A DNA stretch of 64,000 bases from assembly GCA_902518235.1 (NCBI GenBank), contig CABYFN010000001.1, positions 34,668 to 98,667 of the forward strand, written 5' to 3'. Shown piece by piece: positions 52,913 through 63,690 of this stretch; the stretch's first letter is position 1, and each line of letters starts with the position of its first letter. The notes below the pieces were generated by a model that searched no databases, was not told the origin of the DNA, and saw nothing but the letters and a program-made list of their open reading frames with translations. Both the position numbers and the translations under genes were made by a program. The stretch comes from an uncultured Pelagibacteraceae bacterium. GTDB lineage: Bacteria; Pseudomonadota; Alphaproteobacteria; Pelagibacterales; Pelagibacteraceae.

Positions 52913-54936
52913 TTTAATTTTTTTTGATAGCGTATCCAACCAGGACTTCTAATTTCACTATCACCATCAAAATCTATATCTTGATTGAATTCAAAATCTT
53001 CCTCTTTTTCATCTACAAAATTATTATTTTTTTTGATATATTCATCTGGTAGCTCATCTACAAACCTTGATGCCATACTGTCTATCCAGTCTCCTTGATA
53101 AAATCTATTCATTGAAAATGATATTTTAGCAAGCTTTTTGGCCCTAGTAATTGCAACATAAGCCAATCTTCTTTCTTCTTCCAATCCACTTTCCCCTTTT
53201 TCCTCAATGCTTTTTTGATGAGGAAATAGACCTTCCTCCCAACCTGGTAAAAATACGACATCAAATTCTAGCCCTTTAGATGCGTGAATTGTCATTAAAT
53301 TGACTTTTTCGCTTTGCCAATCTTGGTCTAATGATGTTGCAAGTGCAACATGCTCTAAAAAACTTTCTAAATTATCAAATTCTTTCATCGCATTTAGTAA
53401 CTCTTTTATATTTTCTAATCTATTTTCATTTTCTAAGTCTTTCTTATTTTTTAACATTTCACTATATCCAGACTCATCAAGAATTATTTGAAGCAACTTA
53501 TTATGGTTTATCTTATTGTTAAGATCATTTCTCCATTTAGCCAAAAGATTTAGAAGAGAATTTAAACCTAATTTTGTTTTAGGTTTGATTTTGTTTTGTT
53601 CAATTAAATGTTTTGAGGCAACTTCTAAAGAGCATTTATTCAATTTAGCAAAATTATTTATAGCTTTCACTGTTGTGTCCCCAATAGATCTTTTCGGAAC
53701 GTTTAAAATTCTCTCGAATGCCAAGTCATCCTGAGGTTGAAAAACAGTTTTTAAGTATGCAACACAATCTTTTACTTCTGCTCTTTCGTAAAATTTTATA
53801 CCACCAATAATTCTGTATGGAACACCAATTTTTAAAAACCTTTCTTCAAATTCTCTGGTTTGAAAAATAGCTCTTACAAGAATTGCAACTTCATTTAATG
53901 AAAAATTATTTTTGAAATTTTCAATGTTAGAACCAATTTCAGTAGCTTCATCTTTTACATTTCTAAAACAGTTTAAAGTCACAAGTTCACCATCTTCTTG
54001 ATCTGTAAAAAGTTTTTTTCCAACTCTATTTTGATTATTTTCAATAATATTCGATGCTACATTTAAAATATTTTGCGTAGATCTATAATTTTTTTCTAAT
54101 CTTATTATTTTTGTGTTTTCGTAAACATCTTCAAACTGAAGAAAATTTTTAATTTCTGCTCCCCTCCAACTATATATTGATTGATCGTCATCTCCCACAC
54201 AGCAAATATTTTGATTATGTTCTGCTAGATATTTAAGCCATTCACTTTGTATAAAGTTTGTATCCTGATATTCATCAACTAAAATATATTTAAACTTTTT
54301 TGAATACATTTTTGATATATCACTATGTCTTTCAAAAATTTTAACTGTATGAAGTATTAAGTCACTGAAATCAGCAGCATTTAAATCTATTAATTTTTGT
54401 TGATAAATTTTATAAATTCCAAGAAAACTTTTTTCCAATATGTCTTTACGTTTGAGTACAACACCCTCAGGGTAAAACCCTTTATTCTTCCATTTATCAA
54501 TGACTGCTAAAATATATTTTGGGGATATTTTTTTTGTATCTATATTTTCAGATTTACAGATATTTTTTATTAATCTTACTTGATCATCTTGATCAATAAT
54601 TGAAAAATTTGATTTTAATCCAGCTGCTTCTGCGTGTTTTCTTAATATTTTTGCACTAATTGAGTGAAAAGTGCCTAGCCAAGGAAGACCGGTTGCCTCT
54701 TTTCTCAAAAATTTAGATACTCTTAATTGCATTTCTTTTGCAGCTTTATTTGTAAAAGTTACTGCCAAAATTTGATTGGGAAATGCCTTATGTTGTTTAA
54801 CAATATGGGCAATTCTGGATGTAAGCACTCTTGTTTTGCCAGACCCCGCACCTGCAACGATTAAAAGGGGTCCGTTCAAATAAAGAACTGCTTCTTCCTG
54901 ACTTTCGTTAAGATTTGTTAAATAATCTAAATTCAT
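52909..54936 (-). CDS. uvrD: UvrD/PcrA-family ATP-dependent DNA helicase
   Basis: AGAGSGKT, VTFTNKAA, VDEYQDTN, GDDDQSIYSWRGA, NYRST, HASKGLEF, EERRLAYVAITRA. Confidence 0.96.
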   Translation of the reverse strand: MNLDYLTNLNESQEEAVLYLNGPLLIVAGAGSGKTRVLTSRIAHIVKQHKAFPNQILAVTFTNKAAKEMQLRVSKFLRKEATGLPWLGTFHSISAKILRKHAEAAGLKSNFSIIDQDDQVRLIKNICKSENIDTKKISPKYILAVIDKWKNKGFYPEGVVLKRKDILEKSFLGIYKIYQQKLIDLNAADFSDLILHTVKIFERHSDISKMYSKKFKYILVDEYQDTNFIQSEWLKYLAEHNQNICCVGDDDQSIYSWRGAEIKNFLQFEDVYENTKIIRLEKNYRSTQNILNVASNIIENNQNRVGKKLFTDQEDGELVTLNCFRNVKDEATEIGSNIENFKNNFSLNEVAILVRAIFQTREFEERFLKIGVPYRIIGGIKFYERAEVKDCVAYLKTVFQPQDDLAFERILNVPKRSIGDTTVKAINNFAKLNKCSLEVASKHLIEQNKIKPKTKLGLNSLLNLLAKWRNDLNNKINHNKLLQIILDESGYSEMLKNKKDLENENRLENIKELLNAMKEFDNLESFLEHVALATSLDQDWQSEKVNLMTIHASKGLEFDVVFLPGWEEGLFPHQKSIEEKGESGLEEERRLAYVAITRAKKLAKISFSMNRFYQGDWIDSMASRFVDELPDEYIKKNNNFVDEKEEDFEFNQDIDFDGDSEIRSPGWIRYQKKLK

Positions 54937-54972
54937 CGTTTATTTTTTTTTAATTTAAGCGATATTGGATTA

Positions 54973-56346
54973 ATGATTAAAAAATTGAAAGTAACTATAT
55001 TTGTTAAGTTCATATTTTTATTAATTGTATTGTGTTTTTTATCTTGCATTTATTTATCAATACCAGTTTTATTTAATTATAAAAGCATAGAAAACATCAT
55101 TGAAAGAAAATTTTATTCTGATTTTAATATTAACTTAAGTATAAATGGTGACATAAAGTATCAATTACTTCCTAAGCCTAATTTATTAATTAGTGATTCA
55201 TCATTATCAATAAATAAAAAAAATAATGAAGATATTTCTTTTGATATTAAGAATTTGAGAGTTTTTATTAACTCTAATAGTTTGTATCCAAAATCTAAAA
55301 TTAATTTTGAAAAATTTGAAATACAAAATACAAATTTTATAATAAAAAAAAAAGAATATTTAGCTTTAAGAAATTATTTTCATAATAGTCAAAGTAAATC
55401 ATTTCATATCAAAAAAAGTAAAATATTTATAGTTGACGAAAAAGACGAAACTTTAATTATATCGCCAATAGAAAAAATAAATTTTATTACATCAAAACAA
55501 GATGACTTTAAAAAATTAAATATTAAAGGAATTTTATTCGACCTGAATTTTAAATCACTATGGAAAAAAAAATACAATTCTGAAATAAATTCTCAGATAG
55601 AAATAGATTTCAAGGAACTAAATTTTTTAATAAAAAATCAATTAAATTATAATAATAGCTCCAGTCTCGATGGTTCAACATTACTTACTTTCTTTAATCA
55701 AAATATTGAAATTGATTATATATTAAAAAATAATAAAATTACCGTACTATCTCCCAATAACTCCAACGATATAAAAATTGATGCATCTATTGAGTTAAAA
55801 CCTTTTTACATAAATTCAAATATTATTTTGAATAAGCAAAATATAAATTTTATGGTTGATGAATTAATATTTACGTTATTGAATTTAGAACCTAATTTAT
55901 TGGGTAATGTTAATGGAGATATAGAATTACTGCTAACCAATATTGAACATGAACTTTTAAGAAACGGTAAAATAAGTTTTAATATAAGTCAAAATACTAT
56001 TAATTTGAGAGAAGTTTTATTTAATTTTGGTAATATTGGTCAAATTATCTCTGAAATAAAATATAATGAAAAAGATGGAGATATAATTTTTAATTCATCT
56101 AACTCTTTACTAATTAAAAATAAAAAAGAGTTTGCTAAAAAATTTCAAATTAAACCTGACAAAGTAAAAGATTTAAATATGATTAATTTTAAAGTTAAGA
56201 AAAATATTAATACCGGAATAGTATCAATATTTGATATAAAAATTAATAAAGTAGAATATAAAGATAAGAATAATAGTGAATTACGATATAATATTAGAAA
56301 TTCTCAAGAGCTTAAATCTTTAATAAAAAGTATTATTTCTAGTTAA
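54973..56346 (+). CDS. Hypothetical N-terminally anchored protein, possibly AsmA-like
   Basis: N-terminal TM helix, then '[15 protein letters not shown]' resembling AsmA N-termini. Rich in Ile/Asn/Lys beta-strand-like repeats. Confidence 0.5.
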   Translation: MIKKLKVTIFVKFIFLLIVLCFLSCIYLSIPVLFNYKSIENIIERKFYSDFNINLSINGDIKYQLLPKPNLLISDSSLSINKKNNEDISFDIKNLRVFINSNSLYPKSKINFEKFEIQNTNFIIKKKEYLALRNYFHNSQSKSFHIKKSKIFIVDEKDETLIISPIEKINFITSKQDDFKKLNIKGILFDLNFKSLWKKKYNSEINSQIEIDFKELNFLIKNQLNYNNSSSLDGSTLLTFFNQNIEIDYILKNNKITVLSPNNSNDIKIDASIELKPFYINSNIILNKQNINFMVDELIFTLLNLEPNLLGNVNGDIELLLTNIEHELLRNGKISFNISQNTINLREVLFNFGNIGQIISEIKYNEKDGDIIFNSSNSLLIKNKKEFAKKFQIKPDKVKDLNMINFKVKKNINTGIVSIFDIKINKVEYKDKNNSELRYNIRNSQELKSLIKSIISS

Positions 56347-57731
56347 TCGGGTTTAATCATTTTGTTAGGATCAACAATTTTATTATAATCTCTCTCGCTT
56401 ATAAGACCTGATTTCATTGCCTCGACTTTGAGAGTAGTTTTATTTTTTAATGCATTCTTAGCTATCTTTGCAGCATTATCGTAACCTATTTTAGGAGATA
56501 GGGCAGTTACTAGCATTAAAGAATTATTTACCAAATATTTAATTCTATTTTTATCAGCTTTAAGTCCTGAAACACAATATTTCGCAAAACTTTTTATGCT
56601 ATCAGAGAGAATCTGAATAGATTGTAGTACATTATGAATTATTAAAGGCTTAAATACATTTAGTTCGAAATGACCATGTGATCCAGCCATAGTAATTCCA
56701 TTATGGTTTCCAATTACTTTTACACAAACCATAGTAACAGCTTCACATTGAGTTGGATTTACCTTACCAGGCATAATTGAAGATCCAGGTTCATTTTCTG
56801 GTAGTATCAATTCTCCATATCCTGCTCTTGGTCCTGAGCCTAAAAATCTTATGTCATTTGCCACTTTCATCAAACATACTGCTGTAGTATTTAATGTTCC
56901 TGAATAATTCACTATTGCATCATGAGCCGCAAGAGCTGCAAATTTATTTTTAGCTGGTTTGAAAGGCAACTTGGTTATTTTTTTAATTTCATTAACTATT
57001 TTTTTATCAAAATTTTTTTTCGTATTTATACCAGTACCAACAGCAGTTCCACCTTGAGCTAAATAGTAAATTTCATTTAGAGATAATTCTATTCTTTTAA
57101 TACATTCTTCTAGTTGTGATTGGTAACCTGAAAATTCTTGACCTAGGGATAAAGGAGTTGCATCTTGTAAATGTGTTCTTCCTATTTTAATAATTTTATT
57201 AAATTCTTTTACCTTTCTTTTTAATTCTTTATTCAATGATGCTAAGCTTGGTAATAATTTTTCTCTAGTTTCCATTGCTATTGCTATATGCATTGCTGTA
57301 GGAAATACATCATTAGTAGATTGAGATTTATTTACGTGATCGTTTGGATGAACAGGTTTTTTTGTGCCTTTTTTCCCCTTGAGCATTTCAATTGCTCTAT
57401 TTGAAATTACTTCGTTAACGTTCATATTTGTTTGAGTGCCAGATCCAGTCTGCCAAACTTTAAGAGGGAAGTGATCGTCTAATTTCCCATTAATTACCTC
57501 ATCAGATGCACGTAAAATTGATCTATAAATTTTTGAACTAATATCCTTGTTCTTAAAATTTGTAACAGCAGCTGCTTTTTTAATTATAGCTATGGATTTT
57601 ATTAATTTTGGTCCTACTAATACATCTCCAATATTAAAGTATTTTTTTGATCTTTCTGTCGATGCTCCCCAATACTTATCCACAGGAACGTTGATAGAAC
57701 CTATGCTGTCATATTCTTTTCTGAATTTCAT
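56343..57731 (-). CDS. fumC: Fumarate hydratase class II
   Basis: [44 protein letters not shown]. Confidence 0.97.
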   Translation of the reverse strand: MKFRKEYDSIGSINVPVDKYWGASTERSKKYFNIGDVLVGPKLIKSIAIIKKAAAVTNFKNKDISSKIYRSILRASDEVINGKLDDHFPLKVWQTGSGTQTNMNVNEVISNRAIEMLKGKKGTKKPVHPNDHVNKSQSTNDVFPTAMHIAIAMETREKLLPSLASLNKELKRKVKEFNKIIKIGRTHLQDATPLSLGQEFSGYQSQLEECIKRIELSLNEIYYLAQGGTAVGTGINTKKNFDKKIVNEIKKITKLPFKPAKNKFAALAAHDAIVNYSGTLNTTAVCLMKVANDIRFLGSGPRAGYGELILPENEPGSSIMPGKVNPTQCEAVTMVCVKVIGNHNGITMAGSHGHFELNVFKPLIIHNVLQSIQILSDSIKSFAKYCVSGLKADKNRIKYLVNNSLMLVTALSPKIGYDNAAKIAKNALKNKTTLKVEAMKSGLISERDYNKIVDPNKMIKPD

Positions 57732-57799
57732 AGTTTAAATTTTGAGAGTATATTGGATTACTTATATATTAAAAAATAATAAAATCATATAGGAGTAAA

Positions 57800-58171
57800 A
57801 TGACAAATTTTGAAAAAGTTGGCGTGTTCATGAAAACTTTTAATCAAGATGTTAAAGATTCATCAAGTCTGAGCACAGACAAAATTAATTCGCTTAGAAT
57901 TTCATTGATTAATGAGGAGTTAGAAGAGCTTAAACAAGCAATGTCAGAAAAAAATTTGACTGAAGTTGCAGATGCATTAACAGATATTTTGTATGTCACC
58001 TATGGTGCAGGACATGCCTTTGGAATTAATTTGGATAATTGTTTTGAGGAAGTTCAAAAATCTAATATGAGTAAATTGGGAAAAAATGGAAAGCCAATAT
58101 TCAATGAGTTTGGAAAAGTTATGAAAGGACCAGACTATTTTAAACCAGATTTATCAAAATTTATAAAATAA
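57800..58171 (+). CDS. MazG-like / PRA-PH family nucleoside triphosphate pyrophosphohydrolase
   Basis: LINEELEEL, EVADALTDILYVTYG, EVQKSNMSK, GKVMKGP. RBS AGGAG. Confidence 0.85.
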   Translation: MTNFEKVGVFMKTFNQDVKDSSSLSTDKINSLRISLINEELEELKQAMSEKNLTEVADALTDILYVTYGAGHAFGINLDNCFEEVQKSNMSKLGKNGKPIFNEFGKVMKGPDYFKPDLSKFIK

Positions 58172-58172
58172 T

Positions 58173-59054
58173 TTAAAGCCAATTTGGTCTTAATACCTTA
58201 ATTTTTGCATCGCCACATCTTAGATCTGCATCAAAATTGAATTTTTTGTTTTCTAGTTTTAGCAAAGCAAATGGATTTTGATTATTAATTAATAATTTAC
58301 CAATATTTTTATTATCAGATGTTATTTCATTACTAGTAATTTCACCTTCTTGTACTTTTACTGCAAATAGTCTTTTATTAAGTTTATCTTTAAGTTTGAT
58401 TCTTGCTGTATTCTCTTGTCCAACATAGCAGCCTTTTCTAAAATCAATTCCATTGAGTTCTTCAAAATTACATTCAATACCAAATATTTTATTTTGTAGA
58501 TTATTAGTATCTATTTGAGCAATACCTAATTCATGACTATAATCATAATATTCATGAACATTAGAGACTTCTAATCCCAATTTTTTTATGGAAAGATACA
58601 ATTTTTCTAAATTAATCACTAGTCTAGCTCCTAATTTATCAGACCTAGGATCTAAAAAAATAGGATCCTCTCTAAATTTTATTGTAAGACCTATTTCATC
58701 TTTTGAATTTTCTAATTCTAGAAATTTTTCCTTTGTTAAATTGGCAACAACAAACTCATTGCTTAGATTTAAGATATCTACTTTGGATCTTAGCTTGTAT
58801 AAATTTAACTGTTTATATAAATTTTCAATAATTTTTTTTTCACAATCTAAAAAATATCCTGATTTGTGTTTAACGATTATAAAATCATAAAGATATTTAC
58901 CTTGTGGGGTTAAAAGGGCTGAAAAACAACTTCTATCCTCTGATACATTTTCAATATTATTTGTAATTATATTTTGCAAAAATTCTTTTGCATCGTCTCC
59001 ATTAATATAAAGAAGACCTCTATCTTCTAATATGTAAACATTATTTCTATTCAT
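58173..59054 (-). CDS. ygfZ: Folate-binding protein YgfZ/GcvT family
   Basis: FLQNIITN, LTPQGK, DPR, signature KGCYVGQE. Confidence 0.93.
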   Translation of the reverse strand: MNRNNVYILEDRGLLYINGDDAKEFLQNIITNNIENVSEDRSCFSALLTPQGKYLYDFIIVKHKSGYFLDCEKKIIENLYKQLNLYKLRSKVDILNLSNEFVVANLTKEKFLELENSKDEIGLTIKFREDPIFLDPRSDKLGARLVINLEKLYLSIKKLGLEVSNVHEYYDYSHELGIAQIDTNNLQNKIFGIECNFEELNGIDFRKGCYVGQENTARIKLKDKLNKRLFAVKVQEGEITSNEITSDNKNIGKLLINNQNPFALLKLENKKFNFDADLRCGDAKIKVLRPNWL

Positions 59055-59096
59055 ATTGTAATATTATAACAAATCATATAAGTACTTTTTCAGCAA

Positions 59097-60407
59097 ATGT
59101 TAGACTTAATAATTAAAAATGGAAAGTGCTATATTGATAAAGATCTCAAAGATGTCGATATAGGTATTCAAAATAGCAAGATTGTAAAAATTGGAAAGTT
59201 AGATGAAGATACAAGTAAATTAGTTGATGCAAGCGGACTTACTGTTCTTCCTGGATGCATTGATACTCAAACACATTTTAGGGAACCGGGCTCAACAGAT
59301 ACTGAGGATTTAGCTTCTGGAAGTAGAGCAGCAATAGTTGGAGGTATTACTTCAGTGTTTGAAATGCCAAACACTAATCCTGCAACAACAAACAAAGCAG
59401 AATTTCAAAGAAAAATAGATTTGGCAAAAAATAGAATGTTTTGTAATCATGCATTTTATTTTGGTGCAACTCCCACTAATCAAAGCGAATTAGCTGATCT
59501 TAAAGGTTTAGATGGATGTTGTGGAGTTAAATTATTTGCAGGTTCATCTACAGGAACTTTGCTTGTTCATAAAGAAGAAGATATTGAAAAAGTATTTGAA
59601 AGCACATCTAAAATTGTTGCAGTTCATTCAGAAGATGAAGATATTTTAAATCTTAGAAAAAAATTAAGAGAAAAAGGCAATGTTCATTCCCATCCAATAT
59701 GGAGAGATGAAGAATGTGCGATTTCATCTACTAGAAAGATTGTAAAAATTGCAAAAAGGTTAGGTAAAAAAGCTCACATTTTGCATATTACTACAAAACA
59801 GGAGATTGATTTTTTATCTCAGAATAAGGGAGATATAACTTTTGAAATAACTCCACAGCATTTAACAATGTTTGCTCCAGATTGTTATGATAAACTTGGA
59901 ACCTATGCTCAGATGAATCCACCTATAAGAGAAAAAAGTCATTACGATAGGCTTTGGTATGCAGTAAGAAATAATTATAATGACACCATCGGTTCAGATC
60001 ACGCTCCTCATCTTAGAGTAAATAAAGATAAAGAGTATCCAGATACTCCTTCAGGAATGCCTGGGGTTCAAACTTTATTACCTGTGATGCTGAACCATGT
60101 AAATGACGGTAAATTATCTTTAGTTCAGCTTATGAATCTCGTCTGTGAAAATCCAGCAAAAATTTTTGGTATTATAGATAAAGGATTTATAAAAGAGAAC
60201 TATGATGCAGATTTTACAATTGTGGATATGAATAAAATTATCGAAATCAAAAATGAAAAAATAGAGAGCAAGTGTGGATGGTCACCTTTCGATGGACTTA
60301 AGTTTAAGGGAACCCCAGTTTATACAATCATAAATGGAGAGATTAAAATGCAAGATGGAGAAATACTTGGAGAAGCATCAGGTAAGCCCATCAAGTTTGA
60401 TAATTGA
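59097..60407 (+). CDS. pyrC: Dihydroorotase
   Basis: PGCIDTQTHFREPG, EMPNT, HSED, HILH, MNPP, SDHAPH, SGMPGVQT, SKCGWSPF. Confidence 0.9.
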   Translation: MLDLIIKNGKCYIDKDLKDVDIGIQNSKIVKIGKLDEDTSKLVDASGLTVLPGCIDTQTHFREPGSTDTEDLASGSRAAIVGGITSVFEMPNTNPATTNKAEFQRKIDLAKNRMFCNHAFYFGATPTNQSELADLKGLDGCCGVKLFAGSSTGTLLVHKEEDIEKVFESTSKIVAVHSEDEDILNLRKKLREKGNVHSHPIWRDEECAISSTRKIVKIAKRLGKKAHILHITTKQEIDFLSQNKGDITFEITPQHLTMFAPDCYDKLGTYAQMNPPIREKSHYDRLWYAVRNNYNDTIGSDHAPHLRVNKDKEYPDTPSGMPGVQTLLPVMLNHVNDGKLSLVQLMNLVCENPAKIFGIIDKGFIKENYDADFTIVDMNKIIEIKNEKIESKCGWSPFDGLKFKGTPVYTIINGEIKMQDGEILGEASGKPIKFDN

Positions 60408-60413
60408 TCTAAT

Positions 60414-62312
60414 TTATTTAGTAAGAATTTTATTTTCTATTAAACTTTGAGTAATCTCATCCAAAATTGCTGGATCGTCGATTGTTGCTGGCATTTTATA
60501 ATCTTCCTTATCAGCAATTTTTCGAATAGTTCCTCTCAGTATTTTTCCTGATCTCGTTTTTGGTAATCTTTTTATGACTATAACAACTTTAAACGCAGCA
60601 ACTGGTCCAATTTTATTCCTAACCATTTGAATACATTCTTTTGAAATACTTTTGTTGTCTTTTTCAACTCCAGATTTTAAAACAACTAAACCAATTGGTA
60701 ATTGTCCTTTTAATTTATCAGCAATTCCAAGAACTGCACACTCAGCAACCGATTGATGTTCCGATAACACCTCCTCAATTGCACCAGTCGATAATCTATG
60801 ACCAGCAACATTAATTATGTCGTCTGTTCGTGACATAATCCAAATATATCCGTCTTCATCAATGTGTCCTGCATCATAAGTTTGGTAGTAACCTTTATAA
60901 TTAGTCATATAATTTTCGTTGTATCTCTTATCAGCATTCCAAAGTGTGGGAAATGTACCAGGAGGCAAAGGTAATTTAACAACAATATCGCCCATCTCAT
61001 TAGGTTCTGCTATTGAATGATCTGGTTTAATTATTTTTACATCATAACCCGGTACGGCTTTACATGCTGAACCATACTTAGTTTTTAGCATTTCAATACC
61101 AGTACAATTTGAACTTATTGCCCAACTAGTTTCTGTTTGCCACCAGTGATCAATAACGGGAACATTTAAAAGATTTTCAGCCCATTTAATTGTATCCGGA
61201 TCAGCTCTTTCTCCGGCCAAGAATAAAGATTCAAAAGAATTTAAATCATATTTAGAGAAAAACTTTCCATCTGGGTCTTCTTTTTTAATAGCTCTAAATG
61301 CTGTAGGAGCAGTAAATAAAGATTTAATTTTATACTCTGAAATTATTCTCCAAAATACTCCTGCATCAGGAGTTCCCACTGGTTTTCCTTCAAATAAAAC
61401 TGTAGTACATCCTTTAAATAGTGGAGCATAAACAATATATGAATGTCCAACTATCCAACCAATATCACTAGCTGACCACCACACATCATTTTCTTCGATA
61501 TTGTAAATATTTTTCATAGTCCATTTAAGAGCAACAATATGGCCCCCAACATCTCTAACTATTCCTTTTGGGATACCTGTAGTGCCTGAGGTATACAAAA
61601 TATATGCGAACTCATTTGCTCCAATCTCAACACAATCTTTATTTTTGGCATTAACAAGTGCCTCCTCCCAGCTGATTTCAAGTGGAGAGTTGAGTTTTAC
61701 TTCGTGAGCTTTCCTTTGAAAGAAAATTACTCTCTCAACTTTATGTTTTGCAAGTTTCAATGCTCCATCAACTAAAGGTCTGTATTCAACAGTTCTTCCT
61801 GGTTCAAATCCACAAGAGGCTGTAATTAAAATTTTTGCTTTACTGTCATCAATTCTGCTCGCTAGTTCATTTGAGGCAAATCCACCAAAGACTACAGAGT
61901 GTATTGCACCAATTCTTCCGCATGCTAGCATCGCCACAACTGCTTCAGGTATCATTGGCATATAAATAATTACTCTGTCACCCTTTTTGACACCCTGATT
62001 ATCTAGTGCTCCAGCAAATTTTGATATTTTTTCTCTTAATTCATTGTATGTATACTTTGCTTTACTATTTGTTATGGGGCTATCATAAATTAAAGCAGTT
62101 TTCTCACCTTTACCTTTATCAATATGAACATCGATAGCGTTGTAGCAGGTGTTTGTAACGCCATCTTCAAACCATTTATAAAATGGAGGATTAGATTTGT
62201 TTAAAATCTTAGTAGGTTTTTTAAACCAGAAGACATCATCAGATACATTTTTCCAAAATTTCTCAGGATTTTGAATAGATTCTTCATAAATTTTGTTAAA
62301 ACTATTTTTCAT
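60414..62312 (-). CDS. prpE: Propionyl-CoA synthetase (acyl-CoA synthetase)
   Basis: HSVVFGGF, YTSGTTGIPKG, DIGWIVGHSY, AGERADP, DHWWQTET, RTDDIINVAGHRLS, PKTRSGK. Confidence 0.88.
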   Translation of the reverse strand: MKNSFNKIYEESIQNPEKFWKNVSDDVFWFKKPTKILNKSNPPFYKWFEDGVTNTCYNAIDVHIDKGKGEKTALIYDSPITNSKAKYTYNELREKISKFAGALDNQGVKKGDRVIIYMPMIPEAVVAMLACGRIGAIHSVVFGGFASNELASRIDDSKAKILITASCGFEPGRTVEYRPLVDGALKLAKHKVERVIFFQRKAHEVKLNSPLEISWEEALVNAKNKDCVEIGANEFAYILYTSGTTGIPKGIVRDVGGHIVALKWTMKNIYNIEENDVWWSASDIGWIVGHSYIVYAPLFKGCTTVLFEGKPVGTPDAGVFWRIISEYKIKSLFTAPTAFRAIKKEDPDGKFFSKYDLNSFESLFLAGERADPDTIKWAENLLNVPVIDHWWQTETSWAISSNCTGIEMLKTKYGSACKAVPGYDVKIIKPDHSIAEPNEMGDIVVKLPLPPGTFPTLWNADKRYNENYMTNYKGYYQTYDAGHIDEDGYIWIMSRTDDIINVAGHRLSTGAIEEVLSEHQSVAECAVLGIADKLKGQLPIGLVVLKSGVEKDNKSISKECIQMVRNKIGPVAAFKVVIVIKRLPKTRSGKILRGTIRKIADKEDYKMPATIDDPAILDEITQSLIENKILTK

Positions 62313-62527
62313 AGTGATTTGTTTTTTGACTCACTTTTTTAAAGATTTTATGTAACAGGTTGTATTTAATTTTACAAAGTAAGTAAAATCAATACTTTTT
62401 AGAGGTCAAAAACTCTTCAATAAAGTAATTTTTTTTGCTATTTAACCCTAACTTTAGGCTAATCATTAGATTAGTCTGTAGTTTAAATTTAAACTAATAA
62501 AAAAAACTAACTATGAGGGAGTTTTTT

Positions 62528-63292
62528 ATGAAGACAATGAAAATGTTAGCATTAGCAGCAGTGCTTTTCGGAGCAACTACAGCAGCTAACGCGGCAACAG
62601 CCTTTTTAGCCACAGACGATTTCGTAGGTATTTCGTTTTGGTTAATATCAATGGGTATGTTAGCAGCTACAGCATTTTTCTTTATGGAACAGGCTAACGT
62701 CAGTTCACAATGGAGAAAATCAGTAAACGTAGCTGGATTAGTAACAGGTATAGCATTTATTCACTATATGTATATGAGAGCAGTTTGGATCGAAACAGGT
62801 GATACTCCAACTGTTTACAGATACATTGACTGGTTAATAACTGTACCACTACAGCTAGTAGAATTTTACTTAATTCTTTCAGCAGTAAGAAAAGTTGACA
62901 CGAACATATTCTGGAGAATCTTAATTGGTTCGCTAGTTATGTTAATTGGTGGATATCTTGGAGAAGCTGGATTCATTAACGCTACACTAGGTTTCATAAT
63001 CGGTATGGCTGGATGGATTTACATTCTTTATGAAATCTTTTCAGGAGAAGCAGGAAAAGTTGCTGCTAAATCTGGAAATAAATCTTTAGTAACTGCATTT
63101 GGAGCTTTAAGAATGATTGTTACTGTAGGTTGGGCTATTTACCCATTAGGTTACATTTTTGGTTACCTAACAGGTGGAATAGATGGTAACGCATTAAACG
63201 TTATCTATAACTTAGCAGACTTTGTTAATAAAATCGCATTTGGTTTAATTATCTGGTCTTGTGCAGTTTCTAACTCTACAAGAAGAGCTTAG
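62528..63292 (+). CDS. Proteorhodopsin, blue-absorbing type (DTE motif, Gln105)
   Basis: Helix C YRYIDWLITVPLQLVEF (D97, T101, Q105, E108), His75 in FIHYMY, retinal Lys in LADFVNK, signal peptide. RBS GAGGGAG precedes the ATG at 62528; the ORF track starts at 62513. Confidence 0.97.
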   Translation: MKTMKMLALAAVLFGATTAANAATAFLATDDFVGISFWLISMGMLAATAFFFMEQANVSSQWRKSVNVAGLVTGIAFIHYMYMRAVWIETGDTPTVYRYIDWLITVPLQLVEFYLILSAVRKVDTNIFWRILIGSLVMLIGGYLGEAGFINATLGFIIGMAGWIYILYEIFSGEAGKVAAKSGNKSLVTAFGALRMIVTVGWAIYPLGYIFGYLTGGIDGNALNVIYNLADFVNKIAFGLIIWSCAVSNSTRRA

Positions 63293-63313
63293 TAACAATT
63301 AGTTACGATATAT

Positions 63314-63689
<376 letters not shown>

Positions 63690-63690
<1 letters not shown>

